Positions 50,442 to 61,711 of a DNA stretch of 62,272 nt are shown here, piece by piece. The DNA is from Ectothiorhodospiraceae bacterium. GTDB taxonomy: Bacteria; Pseudomonadota; Gammaproteobacteria; Nitrococcales; Aquisalimonadaceae. The position numbers were made by a program, and so were the translations under genes. The DNA is taken from contig SLSJ01000027.1 in assembly GCA_007130525.1 (NCBI GenBank), positions 1 to 62,272 on the forward strand. Direction: 5' to 3'. Numbering within the stretch: the first letter of the stretch is position 1; the number at the start of each line of letters is the position of its first letter. The notes under the pieces are model-generated. The model had not been told where the DNA came from. It was given only the letters and a program-made list of their open reading frames with translations, and did no database searches.

Positions 50442-51422
50442 TCACGCATAGTGATCGACCAGCCCTTTCGGTTCCATTATCCGTTCTTCAGCCGCCGGCG
50501 CTTCGGGCTCGCCGTGCCCCCCTTGGCTCCAGCCATTGCCGTCATCGGCATTACCGCCGGCACGGTCATCCGCTGTTTGCTGCCGGTCGCGGGAAACATC
50601 GACGTCGACATCCTGATGGCCGTTGTCCTGCAACAGCTGGCGCAGCCTTGGCAACTCCAACTCCAATGCGTCCCGGGTCACCGCATGCTGGGCGGCAAAG
50701 GTGACCGCGGTCTTGTCATCACGAACCGAGATATTGACCTCCAGCGGCCCCAGCTCCCTCGGGTTGAGTTGAATCCTGGCGTGCTGCACACCTTGCTGGG
50801 CCATGACCATCAGTCGCTCGCCCACCGCCTGGCCCCAACCGGGCTTGTCCATGGCGGTGTGCACCGTGTAGGACGGCAATCCGGGGCGTCCGGTGGATTC
50901 CAGTATTTCGGCCATCTGGGAATAGGAATGCAAGCCGGTGAGCCCGGCTGGTTCCAACCGCTGTGGCTGAACCGCAGCATCCAGCTGATCCGGGGAACGC
51001 CCGCCGGCCCGGAGCTGCTGGCGCAGCTGCACCTGTTCCAGCAGCGCCAGCCGCGCCGCCAGTCGTTTGCTTTGCTCAGGCAACCTGTCGGAGCCGTCCT
51101 CGGACGGCAGTCCGGCAGCGCCGCCATGAATCCGTTCACCAGCCTCCAGCGGCCCTGCCACATCCAAGCGCCCACCGGCTTCCGGCTCCGGAACCATGGC
51201 TTGGGGCGGCAAATCGGCAACCGGCTGCGGCAAGGGATTGCCTCCCCCATCCAGCAGCCAGGCCTGCAACTCTTCCAGGCTCAGGTCGCTGTCGCGCAGC
51301 AGGTCGGATTCCAGCAACGCCTCCAGAAAGGCCTGATTTTCAGGGTGTTTCAAGGCATTTGCGTCCAGCCTGCTGTCCAGGGCGCCGCCCAGCAGCGACT
51401 GCACTACGTTCAGACCCTGCAT
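50442..51422 (-). CDS. fliK: Flagellar hook-length control protein FliK
   Basis: WGQAVGER..ARIQLNPRELGPLEV..LPRLR; ends GLVDHYA; usual position. Confidence 0.9.
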   Translation of the reverse strand: MQGLNVVQSLLGGALDSRLDANALKHPENQAFLEALLESDLLRDSDLSLEELQAWLLDGGGNPLPQPVADLPPQAMVPEPEAGGRLDVAGPLEAGERIHGGAAGLPSEDGSDRLPEQSKRLAARLALLEQVQLRQQLRAGGRSPDQLDAAVQPQRLEPAGLTGLHSYSQMAEILESTGRPGLPSYTVHTAMDKPGWGQAVGERLMVMAQQGVQHARIQLNPRELGPLEVNISVRDDKTAVTFAAQHAVTRDALELELPRLRQLLQDNGHQDVDVDVSRDRQQTADDRAGGNADDGNGWSQGGHGEPEAPAAEERIMEPKGLVDHYA

Positions 51423-51462
51423 GCGATATTCCTCGTCATCAAACCCGCTTCAACAGAGGTGA

Positions 51463-51478
51463 AGCAAATCCCGGGCCA
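51463..51478 (-). promoter_or_regulatory. Sigma54 promoter upstream of fliK
   Basis: TGGCCCGGGATTTGCT, GG-N10-GC. Confidence 0.7.
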
Positions 51479-51609
51479 GCAGTAAGCGGTCGTGCGGGCG
51501 ACCAAGCGGAAGCCCCTGGAGCGCCGACCAGACACATCGCCAGTCATCGCCGGAAGGCGTTCCTCACCAGGGCGTCATGCCCCACATCCTGAATGACCGG
51601 CGGTCGGCG

Positions 51610-52053
51610 CTACCTTGGGGGACGGAAGTACCGGCGGTTGTTGAGTTCGTCATGCTGACGCTGCTCCGCGCGATCGGCCTGCCGGCGTTCTGCCGCGCGG
51701 TAGCCATCCACGACCCTGTCCATCGCATCGGCCCGCGTCTGCTCCTGTTGCCAGCGGGAACGCGAACTGGTCAGCTGCCGCTCCAGTCGTTCGAGCTGCT
51801 GCCTCTGCTGGGCAATGGCATTGTCGAGCCGCGCAATGAACGCATTGAAATCCCGTAGCCGGAAGGCGCTGAAACTGGCCCCTTGTGCACGGAAAAACTG
51901 CCGGCGATACTCGTCGCGGAAGACCTGCAGTTGCTCAAGCCGCTGTGCCTCCGTATCGTGCTGCTGTCTGACCGAAGCCATCTCACGCGCCGCCTGCTCC
52001 GCCTTGTCGTCCATGACGACCTTGACGGTCTCCATGCGTTTGCGTCGTGTCAC
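51610..52053 (-). CDS. fliJ: Flagellar export chaperone FliJ
   Basis: Coiled coil, LEQL..FIARLDNAIAQQ..EQRQHDE; follows fliI. Confidence 0.9.
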   Translation of the reverse strand: MTRRKRMETVKVVMDDKAEQAAREMASVRQQHDTEAQRLEQLQVFRDEYRRQFFRAQGASFSAFRLRDFNAFIARLDNAIAQQRQQLERLERQLTSSRSRWQQEQTRADAMDRVVDGYRAAERRQADRAEQRQHDELNNRRYFRPPR

Positions 52054-52173
52054 GAATCGGTCTCCCGCATAGTCACAATGATCTGAGACTGTCGCTGCAC
52101 AGGCCTGGCGTCCCCCGTTCGGAAACCAACGCGGGGGACGGTTTCCGGTCCCCGTGCACCGTTACCGCGCCAG

Positions 52174-53517
52174 TCACTGTTCGAACAAAGCCTGCAACTC
52201 CGCGATGCTGTGATCGAGCGTTTCGGACCGACGAAAATCCTGGCGCAGGAAGTCATTCAGCCGGTCGCGATATTCCATCGCCTCATCCACGCGCGGATCG
52301 CTGCCCCGCTGATACGCGCCAACGCTGATCAAATCGCGGTTTTGCTCGTAGTCCCCGTAAAGCTGTTTGAAGCGTTGGGCCAGTGCCCGATGCGTTTCAC
52401 CGGTGATATTGATCATGGCGCGGCTCACGGATTGCTCGATATCAATGGCCGGGTAATGGCCGGCTTCGGCTAGGTGGCGGGTTAACACCACGTGACCGTC
52501 CAGAATCGCACGGGCAGCATCGGCAATCGGCTCGGTCTGGTCATCGCCTTCGACCAGCACCGTGTAAAAGGCGGTAATCGACCCCCCGCCCTCGACACCG
52601 TTACCCGCCCGTTCCACCAAACGGGGCAACTTGGCGAATACTGATGGTGGATACCCCTTGGTGGTTGGCGGTTCGCCGATGGAAAGGCCGATCTCCCGCT
52701 GCGCCTGGGCAAACCGGGTCAGAGAGTCCAACAGCAACAGTACCTGTTGGCCCTGATCACGGAAATACTCGGCGATGGCCGTCGCCTGCATGGCGCCATG
52801 CAGACGCATTACGGGTGAGGCATCGGCCGGCGCCGCCACGACCACGGCCCGCTTCAGACCCTCGGGGCCGAGAATATCATCGATGAACTCCTTGACCTCA
52901 CGGCCACGTTCGCCGATCAGCCCGACCACGACCACGTCGGCATCGGTATAGCGGGTCATCATGCCAAGCAGCACGCTCTTGCCCACGCCGCTGCCGGCGA
53001 AAAGGCCCATTCGCTGACCGCGCCCCACCGTGAGCAGCGCGTTGATGGCCCGCACGCCCACGTTCAGCGGTGTGCGAATGGGAGCGCGGGCCAGCGGGTT
53101 GACCGCCTGGCCCAGCAACGGCATCCGCTGTTCCGTCTGCAGCGGACCACGGCCGTCCAGCGGTTCAGCGGCCCCGTCCAGGATACGCCCCAGCAGGCCC
53201 TCACCGACCCGTGCCTCATACACGCCTTCGTGGGGGGTCACCACGGCATCCGGCGTGATGCCATGCAGATCCCCCGTGGGCATCAGATACAAGCTGTCTC
53301 CCGCAAACCCCACCACCTCGGCCTCGACCGCGGTCGCACCGCATACGCTGATCGTGCACCGGGCCCCAATCGGCGCCTGGCAGCCGTCGGCCTCCAGCGT
53401 CAGTCCCACCATCCGGCGAAGCCTGCCTGTGGCCACCAGCCGCGGGGGCGTTAACCCGTGCTCCCGGCCCCGAAGCCCTCGGAGCAGCTGCTGTCTGCGC
53501 ACCGCGAGATCATTCAC
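52174..53517 (-). CDS. fliI: Flagellar export ATPase FliI
   Basis: [29 protein letters not shown]. Confidence 0.97.
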   Translation of the reverse strand: MNDLAVRRQQLLRGLRGREHGLTPPRLVATGRLRRMVGLTLEADGCQAPIGARCTISVCGATAVEAEVVGFAGDSLYLMPTGDLHGITPDAVVTPHEGVYEARVGEGLLGRILDGAAEPLDGRGPLQTEQRMPLLGQAVNPLARAPIRTPLNVGVRAINALLTVGRGQRMGLFAGSGVGKSVLLGMMTRYTDADVVVVGLIGERGREVKEFIDDILGPEGLKRAVVVAAPADASPVMRLHGAMQATAIAEYFRDQGQQVLLLLDSLTRFAQAQREIGLSIGEPPTTKGYPPSVFAKLPRLVERAGNGVEGGGSITAFYTVLVEGDDQTEPIADAARAILDGHVVLTRHLAEAGHYPAIDIEQSVSRAMINITGETHRALAQRFKQLYGDYEQNRDLISVGAYQRGSDPRVDEAMEYRDRLNDFLRQDFRRSETLDHSIAELQALFEQ

Positions 53518-54245
53518 CGCGTCGTCTCCTGCGTGGCATCGTCGTCGCGGATCCCCCCCAGCAGCTGGCTGGCCAATTGGTTGAACCGCCGGTCCAGCGT
53601 TGCGTCCACACGGGAGCTTTCACTCCGGACGTCGCAGCCGCCTCGCTGCATGGTGGCATCCTCCACCAGTTCCCACGCACCGTGTTCGGTATCGCCGAAC
53701 CGCTCCGCCAGGAAACGGTAATCCTCCGGATTGACATGAACCCGTACGTGGCGGGCGGACATGGGCAGCAATGCCACTGCCTCGCGGACCACGGCCATCA
53801 CCTCACCCGGTTGTGTCTGCATCTCCCGATGAACCACCTGACGCGCCACCGCCAGCGCCAGCCGGGTCAACTCGCCCTCCACCGCTTCGTCCACCAGCGC
53901 CATGGGGGTGGCCAGGGCGTCCAGCATGTGCTGCAGCGATTGCACCTGGGCCATGAGCTCCTGCGACTGCTGCTCCCAAAGCGTCCTGCCTTCGGCCTCG
54001 CCCTGCTTCAACCCCTCGGCGTGGCCGTGCTCGCGGCCCTCGGCATAACCCTCGTCACGGGCTGCCTGGCGAATGGCTTCCAACTCCCCCGCCGTGGGCA
54101 GCCGATGAATTGCCACGCCGGCGCCCGCTTCCCGGCCCGCTTCCTGCGAGTGTGCTCCGGCCCGCCGCTGAACCTGCGGCAACTCCCAGCGGCTAACCCG
54201 CGCGTAGCGGGCTTCCTCGTTCGGAATGATGCGTGTGATGGTCAT
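53514..54245 (-). CDS. fliH: Flagellar assembly protein FliH
   Basis: GxxxG repeats, VNPED, RGGC..VDAT. Confidence 0.92.
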   Translation of the reverse strand: MTITRIIPNEEARYARVSRWELPQVQRRAGAHSQEAGREAGAGVAIHRLPTAGELEAIRQAARDEGYAEGREHGHAEGLKQGEAEGRTLWEQQSQELMAQVQSLQHMLDALATPMALVDEAVEGELTRLALAVARQVVHREMQTQPGEVMAVVREAVALLPMSARHVRVHVNPEDYRFLAERFGDTEHGAWELVEDATMQRGGCDVRSESSRVDATLDRRFNQLASQLLGGIRDDDATQETTR

Positions 54246-54266
54246 CTGCTGCTTGTCCGTTGACGA

Positions 54267-55274
54267 CTAAATGAATTCATCACCGCCGCCCCCCAGCGAA
54301 ATCTGACCGTCGTCAGCCATGCGCTTGGCCACGGCAAGAATCTCCTTGTGCGCCTGTTCCACCTCGCTGATGCGCACCGGCCCGCGGGCCTCCAGATCAT
54401 CCTGCAGCATTTCCGAGGCGCGGCGGGAAAGGTTCTTGAGGAACTTGTTCTTCAGCTCGTCATCGGCGCCTTTCAACGCCAGTACCAGCACATCGTTGCT
54501 GATCTCCCGCAGCAGGGCCTGAATCCCCCGATCATCCACAGCGATCAGATCGGGGAAGGTGAACATCAGCTCCTGAATGCGCTCGCCGAGTTCGGCATCC
54601 GCCTTCGTGATGTGCTCCATCAACGGTGCTTCGACATTGCTGTCCAGCACGTTGAGAATGTTGGCGGCCGCTTGCGGGCCTCCGATGCTGGAGGACTTGA
54701 TCCGCTGCTTGCCGGAGAACTGGCGTTCCATGATTTCGTCCAGTTCCTTCAACGCGGCCGGCTGAATCCCTTCCAGTGTGGCGACCCGCATGAGCACGTC
54801 GTGACGCATGCGCTCCGGCAGCTCAAGCAGAACCTCAGCAGCGTGATCGGCATCCAGGTAGGAGAGCACGATGGAAATGATCTGGGGGTGCTCCAGGCGC
54901 AGCATTTCCGCCACGGTCTTGCCATCCAACCACTTGAGCTGCTCCAGGCCGCGGCTGTTGCCTCCCATCAGAATGCGATCGATGACGCTGCCGGCCTTGT
55001 CCTCGCCCAGCGCCTTAACCAGCACGGAGCGGATGTACTCGGTGTTCCCGATGCCCAGTGATGTGTGGTGTGTAACAGTGCTCACAAACTCTTCCATGAC
55101 CGTGCTCACCTTCTCCTTGGTGACGTTCTGCACGGACGTCATGGCTTGGCCCAGGAGCTGAACCTCCTTCGGGCCCAGATGCTTCATCATCGCGGCGGCG
55201 GAATCCTCGCCGAGGCTCATGAGCAGCACGGCCGCGCGTTCCGCGCCGGTGAGTCGGGATTCCTTATCGCTCAT
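54267..55274 (-). CDS. fliG: Motor switch protein FliG
   Basis: EHPQ, MFTFPDL, GPVRISEVE. Confidence 0.97.
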   Translation of the reverse strand: MSDKESRLTGAERAAVLLMSLGEDSAAAMMKHLGPKEVQLLGQAMTSVQNVTKEKVSTVMEEFVSTVTHHTSLGIGNTEYIRSVLVKALGEDKAGSVIDRILMGGNSRGLEQLKWLDGKTVAEMLRLEHPQIISIVLSYLDADHAAEVLLELPERMRHDVLMRVATLEGIQPAALKELDEIMERQFSGKQRIKSSSIGGPQAAANILNVLDSNVEAPLMEHITKADAELGERIQELMFTFPDLIAVDDRGIQALLREISNDVLVLALKGADDELKNKFLKNLSRRASEMLQDDLEARGPVRISEVEQAHKEILAVAKRMADDGQISLGGGGDEFI

Positions 55275-56970
55275 CTTCGCTCAACCAGGTCTTGATCAGG
55301 TTTGCTCCCAGGGCCGGCTCCTGCTCAACCAGTCCCCGGGCCACATCCACCCGCTCCTGGTGCTCCTGGGCGCTGACGGCATCCGCCTTGTACTGCCCGA
55401 TTCTGGCCGCGGGCGCCCCCTGGTCGGCCAGCCGCCGGGCCTCGTCCTCGGCACGCTGGTTCTCCAGGGCCGAGGCGCCGGCATCCGCCCGGGTGTCGCG
55501 GGCCCGGTCGCCCGCGATCAGGGCCTTCACCAACGGGCGAATCACCACCAGCATCAACGCCAGCCCCAGCAGCCCGGCGATGAGCCAGCGCCCCAAATCA
55601 GCAATGACGGGCTGCTGCCAGAACGGCTCTTCGGGCAGGGGCTCCTCCTCACCGAGGCCGCGGAACGCGGCGCTGATGACATTGACATTGTCACCACGTT
55701 CGGCATTGAATCCCACAGCATCCTGAACCAGCCCCGTCAACCGGTCCAGTTCCTCCTGCGGCAAGGGGTCGCGCACCGGCTGCCCGCCCTCGCCCTCCAC
55801 CAGGGGCTGATCCAGCACCACGGCCACCGTGAGCCGCTTGATGGCCCCCTGGGCCTGGCGGATGTGGCGCACCGTCTTGCCCACCTCGAAGTTCCGCGTG
55901 GCCGAATTGTTGACCGTGACGGGCGTGGCCTGCGACTCATCCGCCACCTCACCGTCCTCGCCGATGACACCCTCACCCGGTGGCTGATTGGTCAGCGCCC
56001 CGGGAACCCCCATGGCCAGCGGATTCTGCTCGCGGCGTTCTTCCTGCGTCTGTTCGCTGCGCACCACGGTGGAATCGGGATTGAACAGTTCCTCGGTGCG
56101 CTCCTGCTGGGAGAAATCAATATCGGTGCTGACTCGCGCCTTGACACGCCCGGGGCCAACAATCGGGGTGAGCAATTCCTCGATTCGTCGGGCGTACGCG
56201 TCCTCCACCCGCTGCTGGTAGGCGAATTGCCGCCCCGACAGCCCCATGGAATCGTTTTCAGGATCACGGGTCAGGAGGTTGCCGCGCTGATCCACCACGC
56301 TGACGCGATCTTCATTGAGATTGGGCACGCTGCTGGAAACCAGGTGCACAATGGCCGCGACCTGCTGCTCGTTCAGCACACGCCCGCCATGCAGCGACAA
56401 TACCACGGAGGCACTCGGCTGGGATGTTTCGCGGAGAAACACGGTCTCCCGCGGCAAGGCCAAGTGGACGCGGGCGCTGTCCACGGCACCGAGGCTCATG
56501 ATGGACCGGGCCAACTCGGTTTCCATCGCCCGCTGGAAGCGGGCGTTCTCCATGAACTGGCTGGTGCCAAAGCCCTGATCCTCACGCAGCAGTTCGTAAC
56601 CCACACCCTGTCCACGGGGCAACCCCTGACCAGCCAGGTGGAGCCGGGTTTCATGCATCTGGCCGGCGGGCACCCGAATCGCACCGCTGTCGCGATCGAT
56701 GCGGTATTCGATATCCGACGCCTGGAGCACTTCCACCACACGGGCCCGCTCCTCCTCCGGCAACCCCGAGTAGACGGTCCGGTAGTTGGGCGTCTGCGCC
56801 CAGAAGAACAGCCCAAGCCCCATGGTCAGAGCTACCGCCAGCCCGGCAATGAGACCGAGCTGCCGCACGCTGTTGCCTGACGGCATCTGCACCCACGCCC
56901 GCCGGTTCTGTTGCGAATTCGAGGGCAGGGAATCAGCCTGGGACGGGCTCAGTGTCTGTGACTCGGCCAT
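55264..56970 (-). CDS. fliF: MS-ring protein FliF
   Basis: GYELL..FGTSQF, ELARSI, ARVHLALP, GVPGALTNQPP. Confidence 0.97.
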   Translation of the reverse strand: MAESQTLSPSQADSLPSNSQQNRRAWVQMPSGNSVRQLGLIAGLAVALTMGLGLFFWAQTPNYRTVYSGLPEEERARVVEVLQASDIEYRIDRDSGAIRVPAGQMHETRLHLAGQGLPRGQGVGYELLREDQGFGTSQFMENARFQRAMETELARSIMSLGAVDSARVHLALPRETVFLRETSQPSASVVLSLHGGRVLNEQQVAAIVHLVSSSVPNLNEDRVSVVDQRGNLLTRDPENDSMGLSGRQFAYQQRVEDAYARRIEELLTPIVGPGRVKARVSTDIDFSQQERTEELFNPDSTVVRSEQTQEERREQNPLAMGVPGALTNQPPGEGVIGEDGEVADESQATPVTVNNSATRNFEVGKTVRHIRQAQGAIKRLTVAVVLDQPLVEGEGGQPVRDPLPQEELDRLTGLVQDAVGFNAERGDNVNVISAAFRGLGEEEPLPEEPFWQQPVIADLGRWLIAGLLGLALMLVVIRPLVKALIAGDRARDTRADAGASALENQRAEDEARRLADQGAPAARIGQYKADAVSAQEHQERVDVARGLVEQEPALGANLIKTWLSEDER

Positions 56971-56993
56971 GCTTCGCGCGCTCCTGTCTCAGA

Positions 56994-57329
56994 TCACACT
57001 GGCATGTTGAAGATGTCGCGATAGGCATCGACAAGCTGATTGCGCACCTGCTTGGTGGCCTCGAAAGCAACCCGCGACTTCTGCATGGACACCATCACTT
57101 CGGTCAACGGAATGTCCTCGCCGCTGGCAAAGGCATCCGCCTGCGCAGCCGCTGCCTGCTGCGTGTCGTTCACAGTGTGCAGTGCGTTGCGCAGGGCATC
57201 GCCGAAGCTAGCTCCGTCGGCGCCGTCGGCTTTATCCACCGGCGCGGTGCGGGCCTCGCCGGCCATCGCCTGCATTTCCTGCAGCATCCGGATAGCCGCA
57301 GCGTTGTTGACGTTGTTTATGCCATTCAT
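56994..57329 (-). CDS. fliE: Basal body protein FliE
   Basis: VMVSMQKS..QVRNQLVDAYRDIFNMPV. Confidence 0.95.
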   Translation of the reverse strand: MNGINNVNNAAAIRMLQEMQAMAGEARTAPVDKADGADGASFGDALRNALHTVNDTQQAAAAQADAFASGEDIPLTEVMVSMQKSRVAFEATKQVRNQLVDAYRDIFNMPV

Positions 57330-57396
57330 AGCAATACTCTCCAGCACATGTCGTGACCCGGACCACATCCCCGCTGACGCGGCGGAAGCTTCCCGG

Positions 57397-58713
57397 TTAC
57401 GCGTATTCCGTACCTATCCGCTCGGGCAGCAGGCCCTGCTCCCGCATGCGCTGCAACTTGTAACGCAGCGTGCGGACACTGATACCGAGGCGTTCAGCCG
57501 TCGCCTTGCGACTGCCGTGAAGCTGATTGAGGGTGTCAAGAATCAGACGCTGCTCCCGGTCCTTGAGCTTGTCGTCCAGGGATGCCGGGGTCGGCATCGC
57601 GACGTCCGGTCGTGGCGGATCGAAGCGCAGGTCCGCGACGCTGATTACATCTCGGCGGCAGAGCACCAGCGCACGCTGTATCACGTTCTCCAGCTCCCGC
57701 ACGTTACCCGGCCAGCCGTAGCACAGCAGGCGCTGACGCGCCGCGTCGTCCAATGAAGGCGGCGCCGCCGAATCCGGGCAATGGCGGCTGATGAATGCCT
57801 CTGCCAGCGGAATGATGTCACCGGGGCGTTCCCGGAGCGACGGCAGTGCCAGGGGAAACACCTGCAGCCGGTAATACAAGTCCTCCCGAAAACGTCCGGC
57901 AATCACTTCCTCGCGCAGGTCGCGGTTGGTGGCGGCAATGACCCGAACATCGGTGGGAATGGGTGTTGTTCCGCAGAGACGTTCCACTTCCCGTTCCTGC
58001 AACACCCGGAGCAGCTTTGCCTGCAGGTTCAAGTCAATGTCCGCAACTTCGTCCAGCAGCAGGGTACCGCCGGCGGCCTGCTCGAACTTGCCCGCATGCG
58101 AGCGGTGGGCGCCCGTAAAAGCCCCTCTTTCGTATCCGAACAACACGGCTTCCAGCATCTGCTCGGGGATGGCGGCGCAATTCACCGCCACGAACGGACC
58201 CAGACGGCGCGGGGAGTGCTCGTGGATATAGCGGGCGAAAACCTCCTTGCCGGTACCACTCTCGCCGGTGAGCATGACGGTCACGGGGCGCTCCGCCACC
58301 CGCACAGCCAGCTCCATCAACTCCCGCGTGACCGGATCCCGAGCCACCAGCCCACTGGACTCGGATTGCCCCACTTGACGCTCGACGGCTGCCAGCAGTG
58401 ACTGTTCTTCGTCACGGTCCGTCAGAAAATCGACGGCCCCCTCGCGGATGGCCTGCACCGCCAGTCGCACCGATCCACCTGGAACCGTCAGCACCACCCG
58501 CGGCCCTCCGGGTCGGAGCACAAGGCGCCGCCAGGTGTCACCGGCGTCCGGCTGCACCACGGCCACGGTGAACCGGCGCTCCTGCGCCAACCGCAGGCCA
58601 TGCTCGACCGTGGTGGCGGCAGCGACCGCGTACCCTGCCCCTTGCAGCAGGCGGCAACGCCGGCTTCGCAGCCCTTCATCGGACGCTATGACCAGGATGG
58701 TAAATTCCGACAC
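57397..58713 (-). CDS. fleR: Sigma54 activator FleR/FlrC-like with degenerate receiver
   Basis: [22 protein letters not shown], Fis HTH GISVRTLRYKL; directly upstream of fliE. Confidence 0.85.
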   Translation of the reverse strand: MSEFTILVIASDEGLRSRRCRLLQGAGYAVAAATTVEHGLRLAQERRFTVAVVQPDAGDTWRRLVLRPGGPRVVLTVPGGSVRLAVQAIREGAVDFLTDRDEEQSLLAAVERQVGQSESSGLVARDPVTRELMELAVRVAERPVTVMLTGESGTGKEVFARYIHEHSPRRLGPFVAVNCAAIPEQMLEAVLFGYERGAFTGAHRSHAGKFEQAAGGTLLLDEVADIDLNLQAKLLRVLQEREVERLCGTTPIPTDVRVIAATNRDLREEVIAGRFREDLYYRLQVFPLALPSLRERPGDIIPLAEAFISRHCPDSAAPPSLDDAARQRLLCYGWPGNVRELENVIQRALVLCRRDVISVADLRFDPPRPDVAMPTPASLDDKLKDREQRLILDTLNQLHGSRKATAERLGISVRTLRYKLQRMREQGLLPERIGTEYA

Positions 58714-58777
58714 CGTTCCTTCCTCCAGAGCCTGACTGACGGAATTCGGTCAGCCTGTGGGTTCCGGGAGGTGTCGA

Positions 58778-58793
58778 TGCACGGTCTGTGCCA
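58778..58793 (-). promoter_or_regulatory. Sigma54 promoter upstream of fleR
   Basis: TGGCACAGACCGTGCA, GG-N10-GC with TGGCAC. Confidence 0.75.
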
Positions 58794-59006
58794 GATCAGG
58801 GAGAGTGCCGATCGGATCGCCTGCGGTGCGCACCTTTGTCCACCCAACAGCACTCCGCCCAACGCCCGGAAGCGTCGCGCGGCGGCGAACTCGGATGGCA
58901 AACAACGAACGAACCCTTGACGTCGGCGATCCGCCCTGCGGGCGATTGCCGAACCACCCCTACTCGGACCGGGGCGCGGCAGTCACCGTCATCGAGTGGC
59001 AGAGAA

Positions 59007-60422
<1,416 letters not shown>

Positions 60423-60685
60423 AGCCCACCCCCCTTTTTTCTTGTTGGTTCTTCCGATTGTTCCTTGTCGGCACAGACTGTGTTGTGCGTCGGAAACATG
60501 ACGGTACTGAGTGGCACGGCACCCATCAACCGTGAGGTGCCGGATATTCGACGAAGGTCACATAACGGCGGGATAAGCGTCGAAAAACCGGCGGTGAGGG
60601 TGGACAACTGCCGTTGGCGTCCATGGCTGACAGGGGGCTCGGACGATGCCCGCCCATCGCCATGGGGATATTCCTGCGGTTTCCC

Positions 60686-60864
60686 TCCCCGCATACCTCA
60701 CCGCTGTTTGTCGCGAGGGCGGCGAGAGGCTGCTGCGCCGGGGGCACGCACCGGAAGTCGGTGAAGGCGCAGCTGATACTACGTCGTGCCCGCTGGAGAG
60801 AGTACACCCTTTTACTGCGAGCAGATCGGTGTGCGCAGTGGAAGGGCGGTGAGATATGCGGGCT
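60686..60864. mobile_element. ~180-bp MITE-like repeat, copy 6 (same orientation as copy 1)
   Basis: CCCGCATACCTCACCGC / GCGAGCAGATCGGTGTGCGCAGTGGAAGGGCGGTGAGATATGCGGGCT. Confidence 0.85.
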
Positions 60865-61201
60865 AACGGGAAAACCGGGCGTACTGGTCCACCGCGCGCC
60901 GACCTGCGCGGAGATTCCGCACCTCGGCGCCGGCCGCTTCCCGGGCTTGGCTCACCAGCCGGAGCAGTTCCGGGTCCAGTTCCAGCAATTGGGCAACACA
61001 GTACTCCACGGTGCTTACGGCGCCTTCCGGTATGGGGCTGGCAAAGAGGTCGCGGGCTGCATTCTGGCGCTGTGCTTCATGCTCCGCGACAGCGGCCCAG
61101 TCGCCGCTCCGGGCAGCGCGCAGCATCTGCTCGGTCAGCCCAAGCAGGCGCCGCGCCATCTGCTTGTGCCCGAGTACCGGATCCGCAGCGGGCATGTTCA
61201 T
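60863..61201 (-). CDS. fliT: Flagellar chaperone FliT
   Basis: LTEQMLRAARSGDW..E..R; follows fliS. Confidence 0.8.
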   Translation of the reverse strand: MNMPAADPVLGHKQMARRLLGLTEQMLRAARSGDWAAVAEHEAQRQNAARDLFASPIPEGAVSTVEYCVAQLLELDPELLRLVSQAREAAGAEVRNLRAGRRAVDQYARFSR

Positions 61202-61210
61202 GGTGCGTCC

Positions 61211-61645
61211 CTAGCCGGTGACCTGCAGCCCGGAACCCTCGGGTGCCGGATCCAACTGCTTGCGCGCCTCGTCGGCGATGCCGTCCCAGCCCGCCTTGAT
61301 CTCGCGCATGAGTCTCGCGGCCTCTTCCAGCTTGTCCGCATCATCGTGCAGATTGGCCTCCAGCAGGCGCCCCTGCATATATTCGTACAGGCCGGAGAGA
61401 TTCTCCGCCAGCTCACCGCCCCGCTGCATGTCAAGACTGGCGCGCAATCCGTCAACGATGGAGATGGCCTTCCCGATCTCCGTGCCCTTCCGCGCGGTCT
61501 CCCCGCGCGCCATGGCGCCTTTGGCGCCGGCGACACGTGTAAGGAACCCTTCCATCAGCATCTGCACCAGGCGGTGCGGATCCGCGTAGTGGGCTGCCTG
61601 GTTGCTGGTCTGTCGATAGGCGTTCAGGCCCTGGTTTCCGTACAT
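61211..61645 (-). CDS. fliS: Flagellin chaperone FliS
   Basis: ADPHRLVQML, GGELAENLSGLYEYM, IKAGW. Confidence 0.95.
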   Translation of the reverse strand: MYGNQGLNAYRQTSNQAAHYADPHRLVQMLMEGFLTRVAGAKGAMARGETARKGTEIGKAISIVDGLRASLDMQRGGELAENLSGLYEYMQGRLLEANLHDDADKLEEAARLMREIKAGWDGIADEARKQLDPAPEGSGLQVTG

Positions 61646-61684
61646 CACTCCACCTTCGGGTTTGGTTACCGGTTTACATCCCTG

Positions 61685-61711
61685 TTATCGGCTACTTCCT
61701 CGATTGCTGAA
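61685..61711 (-). promoter_or_regulatory. Sigma28 promoter upstream of fliS (overlaps the fliD end)
   Basis: TTCA-N15-GCCGATAA, perfect -10 element. Confidence 0.6.

Noticed and set aside
52109-52140. 9-bp GC stem-loop between fliI and fliJ
   Set aside because: No U-tract, single copy; an ordinary intercistronic hairpin
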